A stretch of 64,000 nt of DNA from Myxococcota bacterium (GTDB taxonomy: Bacteria > Myxococcota_A > Polyangia > Nannocystales > Nannocystaceae): positions 1 to 64,000 of the forward strand of contig JBCCHT010000004.1 in assembly GCA_039028615.1 (NCBI GenBank), given 5' to 3'. The position numbers were made by a program, and so were the translations under genes. The first letter of the stretch is position 1; each line of letters starts with the position of its first letter. The notes beneath the pieces were generated by a model. That model had not been told where the DNA came from. It did no database searches and worked only from the letters and a program-made list of their open reading frames with translations. This document shows positions 1 through 8,886 of the stretch, one piece after another.

Positions 1-952
1 GAAGAAGACCGCGGCCAAGAAGAAGACCGCGGCCAAGAAGAAGACCGCGGCCAAGAAGAAGACCGCGGCCAAGAAGAAGACCGCGGCCAAGAAGAAGACC
101 GCGGCCAAGAAGAAGACCGCGGCCAAGAAGAAGACCTCGGCCAAGAAGAAGACCGCGGCCAAGAAGAAGACCGCGGCCAAGAAGAAGACCGCGGCCAAGA
201 AGAAGACCGCGGCCAAGAAGAAGACCGCGGCCAAGAAGAAGACCGCGGCCAAGAAGGCCGAAGCGGCCGACTTCGGGGGCTTTCCGCCCGACATGTTTCA
301 GTTCCTCGGCGAGCTGGCTCTCAACAACGAGCGCCCCTGGTTCGAGCAACAAAAGCCGCGCTACGAAGGCTCGGTGCGGGAACCCGCCCTCGCGTTCATC
401 CGCGCCATGGCCCCGCGCCTGCCAGAGGTCTCCACGCACTTCGTGGCCGTCGACAAGAAGGTCGGCGGCTCGCTGATGCGAATCTACCGGGACGTCCGCT
501 TCTCGAAGGACAAGAGCCCCTACAAGACCAACGTGGGCATCCAGTTCCGACACGAGGTCGGCAAGGACGTGCATGCGCCGGGCCTGTACCTGCACATCGA
601 GCCGGACAGCTGCTTCATCGGCGTCGGCCTGTGGCGCCCCGAGCCCGACGCGCTGGCCCGCATTCGCGAGCGCATCGCCGAGCAACCGGAGGGCTGGCGG
701 AAAATCCGCGACTCGGTGGTCGAGGGCGGCGGATTCGAATTGCACGGCGAGAGCCTCAAGCGCCCGCCGCGAGGCTTCGATCCCGAGCATCCGTACATCG
801 ACGACATCAAGCGCAAGGACCACATCGCCGTCACCTCGTTGACCGGTCCGTCGCTGACCGAGCCGAACATCGTCGACGAGCTGATGCGCCTGTTCACGAC
901 TGCGCGCGACTACCTCCGCTTCCTGTGCGAGGCCGTCGACGTGGCCTTCTGA
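1..952 (+). CDS. DUF2461 (TIGR02453-like) protein with N-terminal histone-H1-like KKKTAA repeat; 5' partial
   Basis: The frame from nt 2 reads (KKKTAA)n-KKAEAADFGGFPPDMFQFLGELALNN without a stop into the 293..952 ORF. DUF2461 motifs FL..L..NN.R.WF, RIYRDVRFSKDKSPYK and LKRPPRGF are present. Confidence 0.85.
   Translation, partial: KKTAAKKKTAAKKKTAAKKKTAAKKKTAAKKKTAAKKKTAAKKKTSAKKKTAAKKKTAAKKKTAAKKKTAAKKKTAAKKKTAAKKAEAADFGGFPPDMFQFLGELALNNERPWFEQQKPRYEGSVREPALAFIRAMAPRLPEVSTHFVAVDKKVGGSLMRIYRDVRFSKDKSPYKTNVGIQFRHEVGKDVHAPGLYLHIEPDSCFIGVGLWRPEPDALARIRERIAEQPEGWRKIRDSVVEGGGFELHGESLKRPPRGFDPEHPYIDDIKRKDHIAVTSLTGPSLTEPNIVDELMRLFTTARDYLRFLCEAVDVAF
2..256 (+). repeat. 18-bp tandem repeat (aagaagaagaccgcggcc), about 14 copies visible, encoding KKKTAA
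   Basis: Read directly. One variant unit (tcg, KKKTSA) at 137-139. The array runs off the left edge. Confidence 0.97.
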
Positions 953-965
953 GCCGCTCGTACCC

Positions 966-1754
966 ATGACCAGGTCTTCCGAGCCCCCTCCCTCTCATTC
1001 CGAGGCCGTGTCCGAACGGATGCGTCGCCTCTACGGTGACGAGCAGCTGAGCGACCCCGCCGGGGTCGTACACGTGGCCGCCGTGGGCCGCGAGCCCGAC
1101 GGTGAGCTGGTGGTGCTGAAGATCAACCAGGCCACCCCGCGCAGCCCCAACGATCGCTTCGCCCTCGATCTGGCCCGCGCCCGCGCCGACGTCATCGTCA
1201 CCACCGGGGCCATTTTGCGGGCCGAGCCACGGCTTGCCTACGAGCTCGCCAGCGACCGCGCCGATGCCCTGCACTCGTGGCGCATGGATCAGCTCGGCCG
1301 CCCCACCCCGCCGCTGGTCGTGGTGCTCACCGGTCGCGAAGACATCGACCTCGACCACCCCACGCTGCACGGCTGGGCCAAGCCCTGGATCTTCACCAAC
1401 GTCGACTGCGCCAAGGCCCTGCACGATCGACTTCCCCGGCACGTGGGGCTGGCCGGCGTGCCTTCGCCCGACCTCGGCAGCTTGATCGACTGGGCGCGGC
1501 GCCGCTTCGACGCGCGCAGCATCACCATCGAAGCGGGACCGACGACGACCCGTCCGCTCTATCGAGAAGGGCCCGGGCTCGTCGACGAGCTCATGCTCTC
1601 GGTCTTCGAGGGCACCATCCCCACCGCAGCCCGCGGCGCCCCGTTCGTGTCTTCGCAGACCCTCGACGACCGCTTTCCCGAGCAGCACCGCGGCGAGCCG
1701 GTCGAAGAGGACAGCGGCCCCTGGCGTTTCATTCGCCTGCTGCGAAGCGCCTGA
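966..1754 (+). CDS. RibD C-terminal / dihydrofolate reductase-like family protein
   Basis: DRFAL..ARARADVIVTTGAILRAEP and ITIEAGPT...GLVDELMLS motifs resemble RibD_C reductases. Confidence 0.7.
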   Translation: MTRSSEPPPSHSEAVSERMRRLYGDEQLSDPAGVVHVAAVGREPDGELVVLKINQATPRSPNDRFALDLARARADVIVTTGAILRAEPRLAYELASDRADALHSWRMDQLGRPTPPLVVVLTGREDIDLDHPTLHGWAKPWIFTNVDCAKALHDRLPRHVGLAGVPSPDLGSLIDWARRRFDARSITIEAGPTTTRPLYREGPGLVDELMLSVFEGTIPTAARGAPFVSSQTLDDRFPEQHRGEPVEEDSGPWRFIRLLRSA

Positions 1755-1805
1755 CCGCCCCGGGCGAGCCGGCGACGCCGCCTGCATGGCCGAGCCGCCC
1801 GGGGT

Positions 1806-3056
1806 ATGCTTCGCCGCATGAGCGGCTCGGGTACGCAAGAGCGCCGACGCGGCATCCTCCTGCTGGCCATGATGGTGCTGGCCGTGCTCGGCGTCGCCGA
1901 CGGCTGGTACCTCACCATGGTCCACGTGGACTACGAGCTGGGCCGGGCGTCCGAGCTCGTGCAGGTCTGCGGCAAGCTGGCCAGTCGCGGCTGCGCGGTC
2001 ACGACCGGGCAGTACGGCGACATCATGGGCGTGCCGATCTCGGTCATCGGCATGAGTGGTGCAGCGGCCACCGCAGTGGCGGCGGCCGGAGCGTTGCGCA
2101 ACCGAGCCAAGGCCCACGACCCCTGGCGCGGCACCGCCTTCGCCCTCGCCGCCTTCAGCGTGCTCGCCTCCATGCTCATGGGCATGCTGTCCGCCTCCGA
2201 GGGCTCGTTCTGTCCGTTCTGCGTCGCCTGGTACGGCATCAACTTCGCTCTGGGACTCGCCGCCTGGTTCTCGCTGGGGCCCTTCCAAGACACCTCCGCC
2301 GGTCGCATCCTCGACGACGCCCTGGCCACCCCCGGGCTGACCGTGCTGGCCGTGTTCGCGCTGACCTTCTCGGCGCAATACTGGGCCTACGGGCAGCGCC
2401 GCGCTCAGGTTCGGGGTGAACTCGAAAAAGACCTCGACAAGCGCGTCGAGGCACTGCTGGCCGCAGAGACCCCGGTCGAGGTGTCGGTCGAGGGCCTGCC
2501 CACCAAGGGCCCCGCCGACGCTCCGCTCACCGTCATCGAGATCGCCGACTTCCAGTGCCCGCACTGTCGCCGCCTGTGGGACAGCGTGTCCGCCTACGGG
2601 AAGAACGCCGAGCTCCCCGTGCAGGTGGCCTTCGTGCACTACCCGCTCGACGAGAGCTGCAACCCGGGCATGCAAGGGGTCCACCCGCTGGCGTGTGGTG
2701 CCGCCGAAGCGGCCGAGTGTGCCCGCATGCAGGGCAAGTTCTTCGAGTACGGCGACCTGCTCTTCGCCAACCAGCCCGCGTTCGAAAAGGACGACCTGCT
2801 CGGCTACGCCAAGACCCTCGAGCTCGACGAGGCCACCTTCGCGTCTTGCCTCGGCAGTGACGAAGCCAAGCTCGAGGTCCGTCGCAGCATCGCGCGGGCG
2901 ATCTTGATGGACGTCGACGCCACGCCGACCTTCTTCGTCAACGGGTACAAGTTCCGTGGCGCTCGAGGGGCCGACTGGATCGAGATCGTGTTCAGCAAGC
3001 TCGCCAAGGATGCGGCCGAGCACGGCCCGGCACCCGCCGAGGCCGACGCGAAGTAG
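1806..3056 (+). CDS. Vitamin K epoxide reductase (VKOR) - DsbA/thioredoxin fusion
   Basis: N-terminal TM helices with loop Cys pair (VCGKLASRGC) and CPFC; C-terminal DsbA-like domain KGPADAPLTVIEIADFQCPHC...ATPTFFVNG. Confidence 0.9.
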   Translation: MLRRMSGSGTQERRRGILLLAMMVLAVLGVADGWYLTMVHVDYELGRASELVQVCGKLASRGCAVTTGQYGDIMGVPISVIGMSGAAATAVAAAGALRNRAKAHDPWRGTAFALAAFSVLASMLMGMLSASEGSFCPFCVAWYGINFALGLAAWFSLGPFQDTSAGRILDDALATPGLTVLAVFALTFSAQYWAYGQRRAQVRGELEKDLDKRVEALLAAETPVEVSVEGLPTKGPADAPLTVIEIADFQCPHCRRLWDSVSAYGKNAELPVQVAFVHYPLDESCNPGMQGVHPLACGAAEAAECARMQGKFFEYGDLLFANQPAFEKDDLLGYAKTLELDEATFASCLGSDEAKLEVRRSIARAILMDVDATPTFFVNGYKFRGARGADWIEIVFSKLAKDAAEHGPAPAEADAK

Positions 3057-3211
3057 TAGGCTTCGCGCCGCGCTCCGGGTACGGCGGGCCGCCCTTCAGA
3101 TCGGCCAAAGAACGCCGTTCGAGGTCCCTTCGCCGAAAATCCAGCCTTCGTTCGCCATCGGTCGAACAATCTCGTCGCCGGGTGGCCAACAGTAGTTGGA
3201 CGGACCCCCGG

Positions 3212-4585
3212 ATGCGCACCCGACAACTGTTCCTGCTCGCCACCGCCACCGTGTGGGCGTGCAATCAGACCCCGGACGACAACCCCTTCGATGGCGCGGC
3301 GGGCTCGACCAGCACCACCGACCCGAGTGCCTCCGGCAACACGCCGAGCCCCACGACCGCCGTCGACGGCACGGGCACCGAGGCGAGCGGCGCGGCCACC
3401 ACGACGGCCGACAGCAGCGGGGGCGGTGAAGGACCCATCTTCGATGTCAGCGTCGACGACATCCCGATCCCGGTGGACTGCAACTGCGGCAACGACGACT
3501 GGAGCTACATCTGGGTCGCCAACGCCAATCAAGGCACAGTCTCCAAGATCAACACGGAGACGATGGTGGAAGAGGGCCGATACCTCACCCGCCCCGACGG
3601 CGCCGGCAACCCCTCGCGGACCTCGGTGAGCGTCAATGCTCGATCGGTGGCGGTCGCCAATCGTTACGGAGGATTGGTGCGGATCTGGGCCCGGGACCAA
3701 TTCTGCGATCCGATGGCCAATGGACAGGCGGGCTTGCAGACCTCGACCGGGGCCGGCGACGTGCTGCCCTGGGGCGAAGACGATTGCATCTCCTGGTACA
3801 CGCCCTTCCCCACGCTCACCACCCAGCGCCCCGTGGCGTGGAGCGGAGTGGTCGACGCGGCCAACTGCGAAGACGAAGCGGTCTGGACCGCGGGTTGCGG
3901 GGGTGGGTTCAGCCCCGGCTTCGGCAGCGGCAACACCGAGGTGTTCCGCCTCGACGGCAGCGACGGCACCATCATCGACAGCCTGGTCGTCCCCAACTAT
4001 CCGTGCGCGGCGTTTGGCCCCTACGGCGGAGCCATCGATCCCGCGGGCGACTTCTGGATCGTACACAACGGCGGGGACGTGGCCGTGATCCGAGCCGACA
4101 CTCTCGACTCCGAGGTGTTCTCGCGCCCCGGTGACCTGCAGCCCTATGGCATCACCGCAGATGCCGACGGCTACATCTGGGTCTCCGGCTACAACGAACC
4201 AAACGGCATCGGCAGGCTCGATCCTTCCACCGGACAGTGGGACGTGATCGCCGGCTCGGTGGGCCAAGGCGGGGTCACCCAGACCTCCGACGGCCGAATC
4301 TGGACGGCCTACTGGAGCTCGAGCTTCCACGACGACCAGGGCGTCGTGTGGTTCGACCCGACCACCCTGACCCTGGGCGGCTCCATCTCGGTGCCGGGAG
4401 GCACGGTCAAGGGGGTCAGTGCCGACCTCAACGGGTTCTTGTGGGCGGTGACGGGCACCGCCCACAAGATCGACCTGTCCACCGATACCATCGTGGACAA
4501 CTATGCCGGGCTCTCTGGGCCCTACACGTACTCGGACATGACGGGCGCGGGATTGCAGAACGTGGCCTGCGATCCGGCGGGATAG
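3212..4585 (+). CDS. Lipoprotein with Thr/Ser-rich linker and Vgb-like beta-propeller
   Basis: Lipobox VWAC; T/S-rich stalk; repeated blade motifs IWVAN..GTVSKI, PYGITADADGYIW; C-terminal PYTYSDMTG. Confidence 0.7.
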   Translation: MRTRQLFLLATATVWACNQTPDDNPFDGAAGSTSTTDPSASGNTPSPTTAVDGTGTEASGAATTTADSSGGGEGPIFDVSVDDIPIPVDCNCGNDDWSYIWVANANQGTVSKINTETMVEEGRYLTRPDGAGNPSRTSVSVNARSVAVANRYGGLVRIWARDQFCDPMANGQAGLQTSTGAGDVLPWGEDDCISWYTPFPTLTTQRPVAWSGVVDAANCEDEAVWTAGCGGGFSPGFGSGNTEVFRLDGSDGTIIDSLVVPNYPCAAFGPYGGAIDPAGDFWIVHNGGDVAVIRADTLDSEVFSRPGDLQPYGITADADGYIWVSGYNEPNGIGRLDPSTGQWDVIAGSVGQGGVTQTSDGRIWTAYWSSSFHDDQGVVWFDPTTLTLGGSISVPGGTVKGVSADLNGFLWAVTGTAHKIDLSTDTIVDNYAGLSGPYTYSDMTGAGLQNVACDPAG

Positions 4586-4587
4586 CG

Positions 4588-5001
4588 TCAGTTGCCGACG
4601 ACGACCTTGCGGGCGCCCTGCTCGACCAACCAATCGCGGACGCGATCGGTCTGCGCTCCGCTCAGCACGACCGTCGTGCCTTCGACGTGGGCCCCACAGC
4701 CGAAGCGGCGGCGCAGCTGCTTGGCCATGGCGCTGAGCTGAGCATCTGAAAGCTCGAGCCCTTCGATGACGGTGGCCGTCTTGCCGCCGCGCCCCTTCTT
4801 CTCGCGGCGGACGACGATCTTGCTGCGCTGCCCGGCCAAGCCCGCGCCGGACGCTGCGGCAGGGACTTGCTCGGGGGTGGGCTCGGGCTCGGCCGCGGGC
4901 TCGCCGTCGGGCAAGTCGGACAATGCCCCGCCGAGGGAGGCAAAGGGGTTGCTCGACAGCGGCGCGCCACCATCGGTGGAGACCTTGGTCTTGCGCCCCA
5001 T
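4588..5001 (-). CDS. yciH: Translation initiation factor SUI1/eIF1 family
   Basis: RREKKGRGGKTATVIEGL...AKQLRRRFGCGA motif; NPFASL N-terminal motif; ATG at 5001. Confidence 0.85.
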   Translation of the reverse strand: MGRKTKVSTDGGAPLSSNPFASLGGALSDLPDGEPAAEPEPTPEQVPAAASGAGLAGQRSKIVVRREKKGRGGKTATVIEGLELSDAQLSAMAKQLRRRFGCGAHVEGTTVVLSGAQTDRVRDWLVEQGARKVVVGN

Positions 5002-5005
5002 CGGA

Positions 5006-5554
5006 TCAGCCGGCCTCGGCCGTGGCGCCCGGCTCGGTGGACTCGGTCGCGGGCTCGACCGCGGGCTCGTCTCCACCGCCCCCGGTGTCGCTGGCCCCGT
5101 CCTCGATGGGCTCCTCGCCCGCGAGCGTGGCGTCGTCCTTGATGTGGAGGCAGCGACCCTTCACCGTCGTCTTGCGCACCATGATGTTGACGATGAGCAG
5201 GGGCACCAAGGTTCGCTTGGTGGTGACCCGCGGCATCATCAGCGCGTCGCACTCGGGGATGCGATCGACGGCGTTGTAGTAGGCGGCGTCGATCTGCTCG
5301 TCACCCGTGGTGTGGTTGCCGACCGGGATGGTCAGGAAGTAGACGCTGGTGGCCTTGCTGGTGCCGATGGAGGTGTCGATGACCTCGTACTCGTCGCGCT
5401 CGATGGTGGCGACATCACGGCCTTGCTGGTTGATCTCGACCGAGCTCTGCACGTTGGTCGTGGTGTTGCCGCGGCGGCGAAAGAGCCCACAGCCGATGGG
5501 GGGCAGGCACATACCGACGATGAGAGGAACTGCGAGCCAGCGAAATCCGGTCAT
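5006..5554 (-). CDS. Hypothetical lipoprotein
   Basis: Hydrophobic signal ending PIGC; small globular domain; acidic tail; adjacent to and co-oriented with yciH. Confidence 0.6.
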   Translation of the reverse strand: MTGFRWLAVPLIVGMCLPPIGCGLFRRRGNTTTNVQSSVEINQQGRDVATIERDEYEVIDTSIGTSKATSVYFLTIPVGNHTTGDEQIDAAYYNAVDRIPECDALMMPRVTTKRTLVPLLIVNIMVRKTTVKGRCLHIKDDATLAGEEPIEDGASDTGGGGDEPAVEPATESTEPGATAEAG

Positions 5555-5594
5555 GACGGTGCGTAGGTAGACGAGATCGGCACGCGTGACAACC

Positions 5595-6302
5595 TCACCA
5601 CCAGCGCGCATCGACCCGGTCGCAGAACGCAGTCAGCGAGGGGTACTCGCCCATGAGTCGTTGTAGTGGACCCTCGAAAGGCGGTCGCAACGCCGCGCTC
5701 AAGAAGGCGTGCGCCGTGGCGTCGATACTGGAGGGAATGCCCAAGAAGAACTCCCGATCGGAGAGCAACTGGGACAGAGCCTCGAGGTCTCGCTTCGCCC
5801 GATCGACGATGGCGTCGTCGCTCATGCGTCCAAAGCCCTGCCCGTGCATGGCTCGGAGCACGCCGCGACGCGCGATGATGGGCACCAGCCAGCGCAACGG
5901 CACGGGCAAGGACCCAAAATAGGTCACCTTCGTCTGCGCCCAGTGGGACGCGACTGCCCAGCGATCCCAGATGATGCACCAATAGAAGTGATCCTCGAGC
6001 AGGCGAGTGATGAGGGTGGCGGTCGCTTGTTGCTCGGCGTCGAGATCGGCATCGAGGGCGACGCCCTGCTCGGCGCTCAGGGTCGCGATGATCGGCCCGG
6101 TATCGGCGAGTAAACGACCATCCGCGAGCTCCACGTAGGGGACCTTGCGATTGGGCGAGCGCGGCAGACCGGTCAGCACCCGTGCCTCGTGGGGCAGCTC
6201 GGCCATGCGCAACCAGGTCTCGAGCTTCGTGCAAAAGGGGCTGGCACTCGCCGAGCCCCACGCCGGAGCCATCTTCCACAACACGATCGGAGCGGCGGTC
6301 AC
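5595..6302 (-). CDS. Glutathione S-transferase family (metaxin/FAX-like)
   Basis: SASPFCTKLETWLRM, SPNRKVPYVE, ADTGPII, LSDREFFLG.PSSIDATAHAFL. Confidence 0.85.
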   Translation of the reverse strand: MTAAPIVLWKMAPAWGSASASPFCTKLETWLRMAELPHEARVLTGLPRSPNRKVPYVELADGRLLADTGPIIATLSAEQGVALDADLDAEQQATATLITRLLEDHFYWCIIWDRWAVASHWAQTKVTYFGSLPVPLRWLVPIIARRGVLRAMHGQGFGRMSDDAIVDRAKRDLEALSQLLSDREFFLGIPSSIDATAHAFLSAALRPPFEGPLQRLMGEYPSLTAFCDRVDARWW

Positions 6303-6414
6303 GGGTCCACGGTAGAGCGAAGGCCGACGTCGTGCCACGACCCGCAGCACGAAGCCCGAACATGGATCTGGACGATCGGTGCCTGCTCGCGGGTTGCGCC
6401 TCGGGAAGGCTGGC

Positions 6415-7020
6415 ATGCTGCCGGTCGTGAGTAACGTCCGTGCCGTGAACCGACTCGCCGCGCGGGCCCGCGCGTGCCAGGAGTGCGCCCCCTCGCTGCC
6501 CCACGAGCCGCGCCCCGTGTTCCAGGTACATGCCGACGCCCGTCTATTGATCGTGGGTCAAGCCCCGGGCGCCAGGGTGCACGAGTCGGGCGTGGCGTGG
6601 GACGACAAGAGCGGGGAGCGACTGCGGAGCTGGCTCGGGGTCGGCGAGGACACGTTCTACGATCCGAAGGCGCTGGCCCTGCTGCCGATGGGGTTTTGTT
6701 TTCCCGGCCGGGGTCGCTCGGGGGACCTGCCCCCTCGACCCGAGTGCGCCCCGCTGTGGATGGACCGCTTCGTCGCGAAGCTCGAGCACATTCAGCTGAC
6801 GATCTTGATCGGTCGCTACGCTCAGGATCGCTTCTTGGGCGATCGACAGAAGAAGACGCTGACCGAGACGGTCGCCGCCTGGCGAGAGTTCACCCGAGAG
6901 AAGATCTGGGTGCTGCCTCACCCTTCGCCTCGCAACAACATCTGGCTGCGCAAGAACCCCTTCTTCGAGCAGGAGCTGGTGCCGAAGCTGCGACGTGCGG
7001 TGGCCCGGGCGCTCAAATAG
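6415..7020 (+). CDS. Uracil-DNA glycosylase superfamily protein
   Basis: ARACQEC, IVGQAPG..VHESG..WDDKSG.RLR.WLG, MGFCFPG, LPHPSPRN. Confidence 0.9.
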   Translation: MLPVVSNVRAVNRLAARARACQECAPSLPHEPRPVFQVHADARLLIVGQAPGARVHESGVAWDDKSGERLRSWLGVGEDTFYDPKALALLPMGFCFPGRGRSGDLPPRPECAPLWMDRFVAKLEHIQLTILIGRYAQDRFLGDRQKKTLTETVAAWREFTREKIWVLPHPSPRNNIWLRKNPFFEQELVPKLRRAVARALK

Positions 7021-7061
7021 AGCACCAGAGACCGCGACTGGGGCTATCGTTGGGGGCCTCG

Positions 7062-8114
7062 ATGTCGAAGCGTCGTCCATGGTTCGTCGGCGGAGCCGCG
7101 CTCGCGGTCGCGGGGCTGTGGGCCGCGTGCGGCAGCGAGCCGAAGCCGAGCGAGGCTACGCCGAAGAAGCCGCAGCCGACGGAGGTCGCGTCGAAGACCG
7201 ACTCGCCGAAGCCTACCGCCCAGGCGCACGCACCCGGCCCCGTCGTGACGCCTTCGTTGGTGGTGCTGGGCATCGCCCAGGACGCGGGCGTGCCCCAGAC
7301 CGATTGCGACTGCGAGCGCTGCCGGGCCGCAGCGGAGGATCCGATGCACCGCCCCCGGGTCTCGAGCCTGGCGCTGATGCTCGACGACGGCCGCAGCGTG
7401 CTCTTCGATGCGACCCCCGACCTCCCCGCTCAGCTGCGACACGTCGCGGCCCTGCGAGGCGAGCGTCCCGGCGCTCGCGGACGCCGGCCGGTGGCGGGCA
7501 TCTTCCTGACGCACGGGCACATGGGGCACTACCTGGGCCTCGCCCACCTGGGCTTCGAATCGGCGCACACCGATCGCGTCCCCGTGCACGGCACCGAGCG
7601 CATGCTCGCGCTGCTCCGGGATCACGCCCCCTGGTCTCAGCTCGTCGCCAAGCAGGAGATCGAGCTGAACGAGCTGCGCGATGGCCAGGCGGTGACGCTC
7701 GGTGTGGTCGACGTCGTGCCCGTGCTCGTGCCGCACCGGGCCGAGTTCACCGACACGCTGGCCTTCCGCTTCGAGGGCCCCGAGCGCACCGTGCTGTTCA
7801 TCCCCGACTGCGATCCCTGGTCGCGCTGGGAGCCCGCCGCCCTCGATGCCCTGCTCGACGGGGTCGACGTGGCGCTGCTCGACGGGACCTTCTACTCGGG
7901 CGACGAGCTGCCCGGGCGAGACCTGACGAAGATCGGGCACCCGCTCATGGTCGACACCATGCAGTGGCTGAGCGAGCAGCCCGACGCGCCGCAGGTTCGC
8001 TTCATCCACCTCAACCACTCGAACCCGGCGCTGACCGACGGGAGTGCGGCGCGCCAGGCAATCGAGCGGCGAGGGTTCGCGGTGGCCCGCCGCGGCGAGG
8101 CCCTCGCGCTGTAG
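7062..8114 (+). CDS. PqqB-like metallo-beta-lactamase-fold hydrolase with lipoprotein signal
   Basis: LGIAQDAGVPQTDCDCERC, FLTHGHMGH, LLDGTFYS, FIHLNHSNP; signal peptide ending LWAAC. Confidence 0.8.
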   Translation: MSKRRPWFVGGAALAVAGLWAACGSEPKPSEATPKKPQPTEVASKTDSPKPTAQAHAPGPVVTPSLVVLGIAQDAGVPQTDCDCERCRAAAEDPMHRPRVSSLALMLDDGRSVLFDATPDLPAQLRHVAALRGERPGARGRRPVAGIFLTHGHMGHYLGLAHLGFESAHTDRVPVHGTERMLALLRDHAPWSQLVAKQEIELNELRDGQAVTLGVVDVVPVLVPHRAEFTDTLAFRFEGPERTVLFIPDCDPWSRWEPAALDALLDGVDVALLDGTFYSGDELPGRDLTKIGHPLMVDTMQWLSEQPDAPQVRFIHLNHSNPALTDGSAARQAIERRGFAVARRGEALAL

Positions 8115-8122
8115 CGCTTCGC

Positions 8123-8758
8123 TCAGACCATGCCGCTGCGACCGAGTCGGTCGCTGGTCGCCAGCACCCGACCGAGCGCCGCGTCGTCGAGCCCATCGAC
8201 GACGCGATCGGCCAGGGGCTCACCGGTCTCGGTCGCCTCGACGGCCCGCTGATAGGCCTGGCGATCGAGGTCGGCGATGGTGCGGCCCGCCTCGTCGCGC
8301 AGCCGGGCGCCACCGCGGTGACCCGCCACGTGCAGCCGCGCCTGTCCTTCGTCGTCGACGATGCGGATCTCGTCGTCACCCAGTCGCTCGACGTGGAAGA
8401 CCCGCACCAGCGTGTCGCGCTCGTAGTGCTCCACCCGCAGGCGCGTGCGCTCTTCGTCTCCGCTCATGACCAGGTGGTGGCCCTGCCCCAGATCGGCGGT
8501 GCGGTTGACCGGGTTCTTGCCCGAGAAGAACTCGATGGTGTTGAGCGCGATGGCGTCGATGAACAGCAGCGTGCCGTAGACCGGCAGGATGATGAACACC
8601 AAGAACACGGCCCAGCTGGCCCACTTGCTGCCGAAGGAGCCGTTCCAGTCGTAGACCTTGCCCGTCAGGCTGAAGCTGCCCCAGCAGCCCCCGAGGCCCA
8701 GCAGGCCCAAGGTCAACAACATCTGGCGTCTCGAAGTATGGGTGATGATGCGTTTCAT
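8123..8758 (-). CDS. DUF3332-like lipoprotein
   Basis: GCWGSFSLTGKVYDWN...KW...PVYG...D...LNTIEFFSGKNP signature. Confidence 0.75.
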   Translation of the reverse strand: MKRIITHTSRRQMLLTLGLLGLGGCWGSFSLTGKVYDWNGSFGSKWASWAVFLVFIILPVYGTLLFIDAIALNTIEFFSGKNPVNRTADLGQGHHLVMSGDEERTRLRVEHYERDTLVRVFHVERLGDDEIRIVDDEGQARLHVAGHRGGARLRDEAGRTIADLDRQAYQRAVEATETGEPLADRVVDGLDDAALGRVLATSDRLGRSGMV

Positions 8759-8886
8759 GAAAGCAGCGGCTCCGTGAAGCGGACGGCGGTTCTGCAAGGG
8801 TTGTACCTCGAACTCCGCTGCAGCCTACGGCCGCGGATGGGCTCCCCGTTGCCTCGCTGTCCAGGGCTCACCGCCCCATTGGGGCG

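Noticed and set aside
2..256. 18-bp repeat array as a possible CRISPR
   Set aside because: Units are contiguous with no spacers, are in frame with a CDS, and no cas genes are present
894..3023. 709-aa minus-strand ORF
   Set aside because: Antisense shadow of the RibD-like and VKOR-DsbA genes; expected in high-GC DNA and has no motifs
6474..7061. N-terminal extension of the 546-aa ORF
   Set aside because: Overlaps the UDG gene out of frame and is Arg/Gly/Ala-rich; a signal peptide begins at ATG 7062
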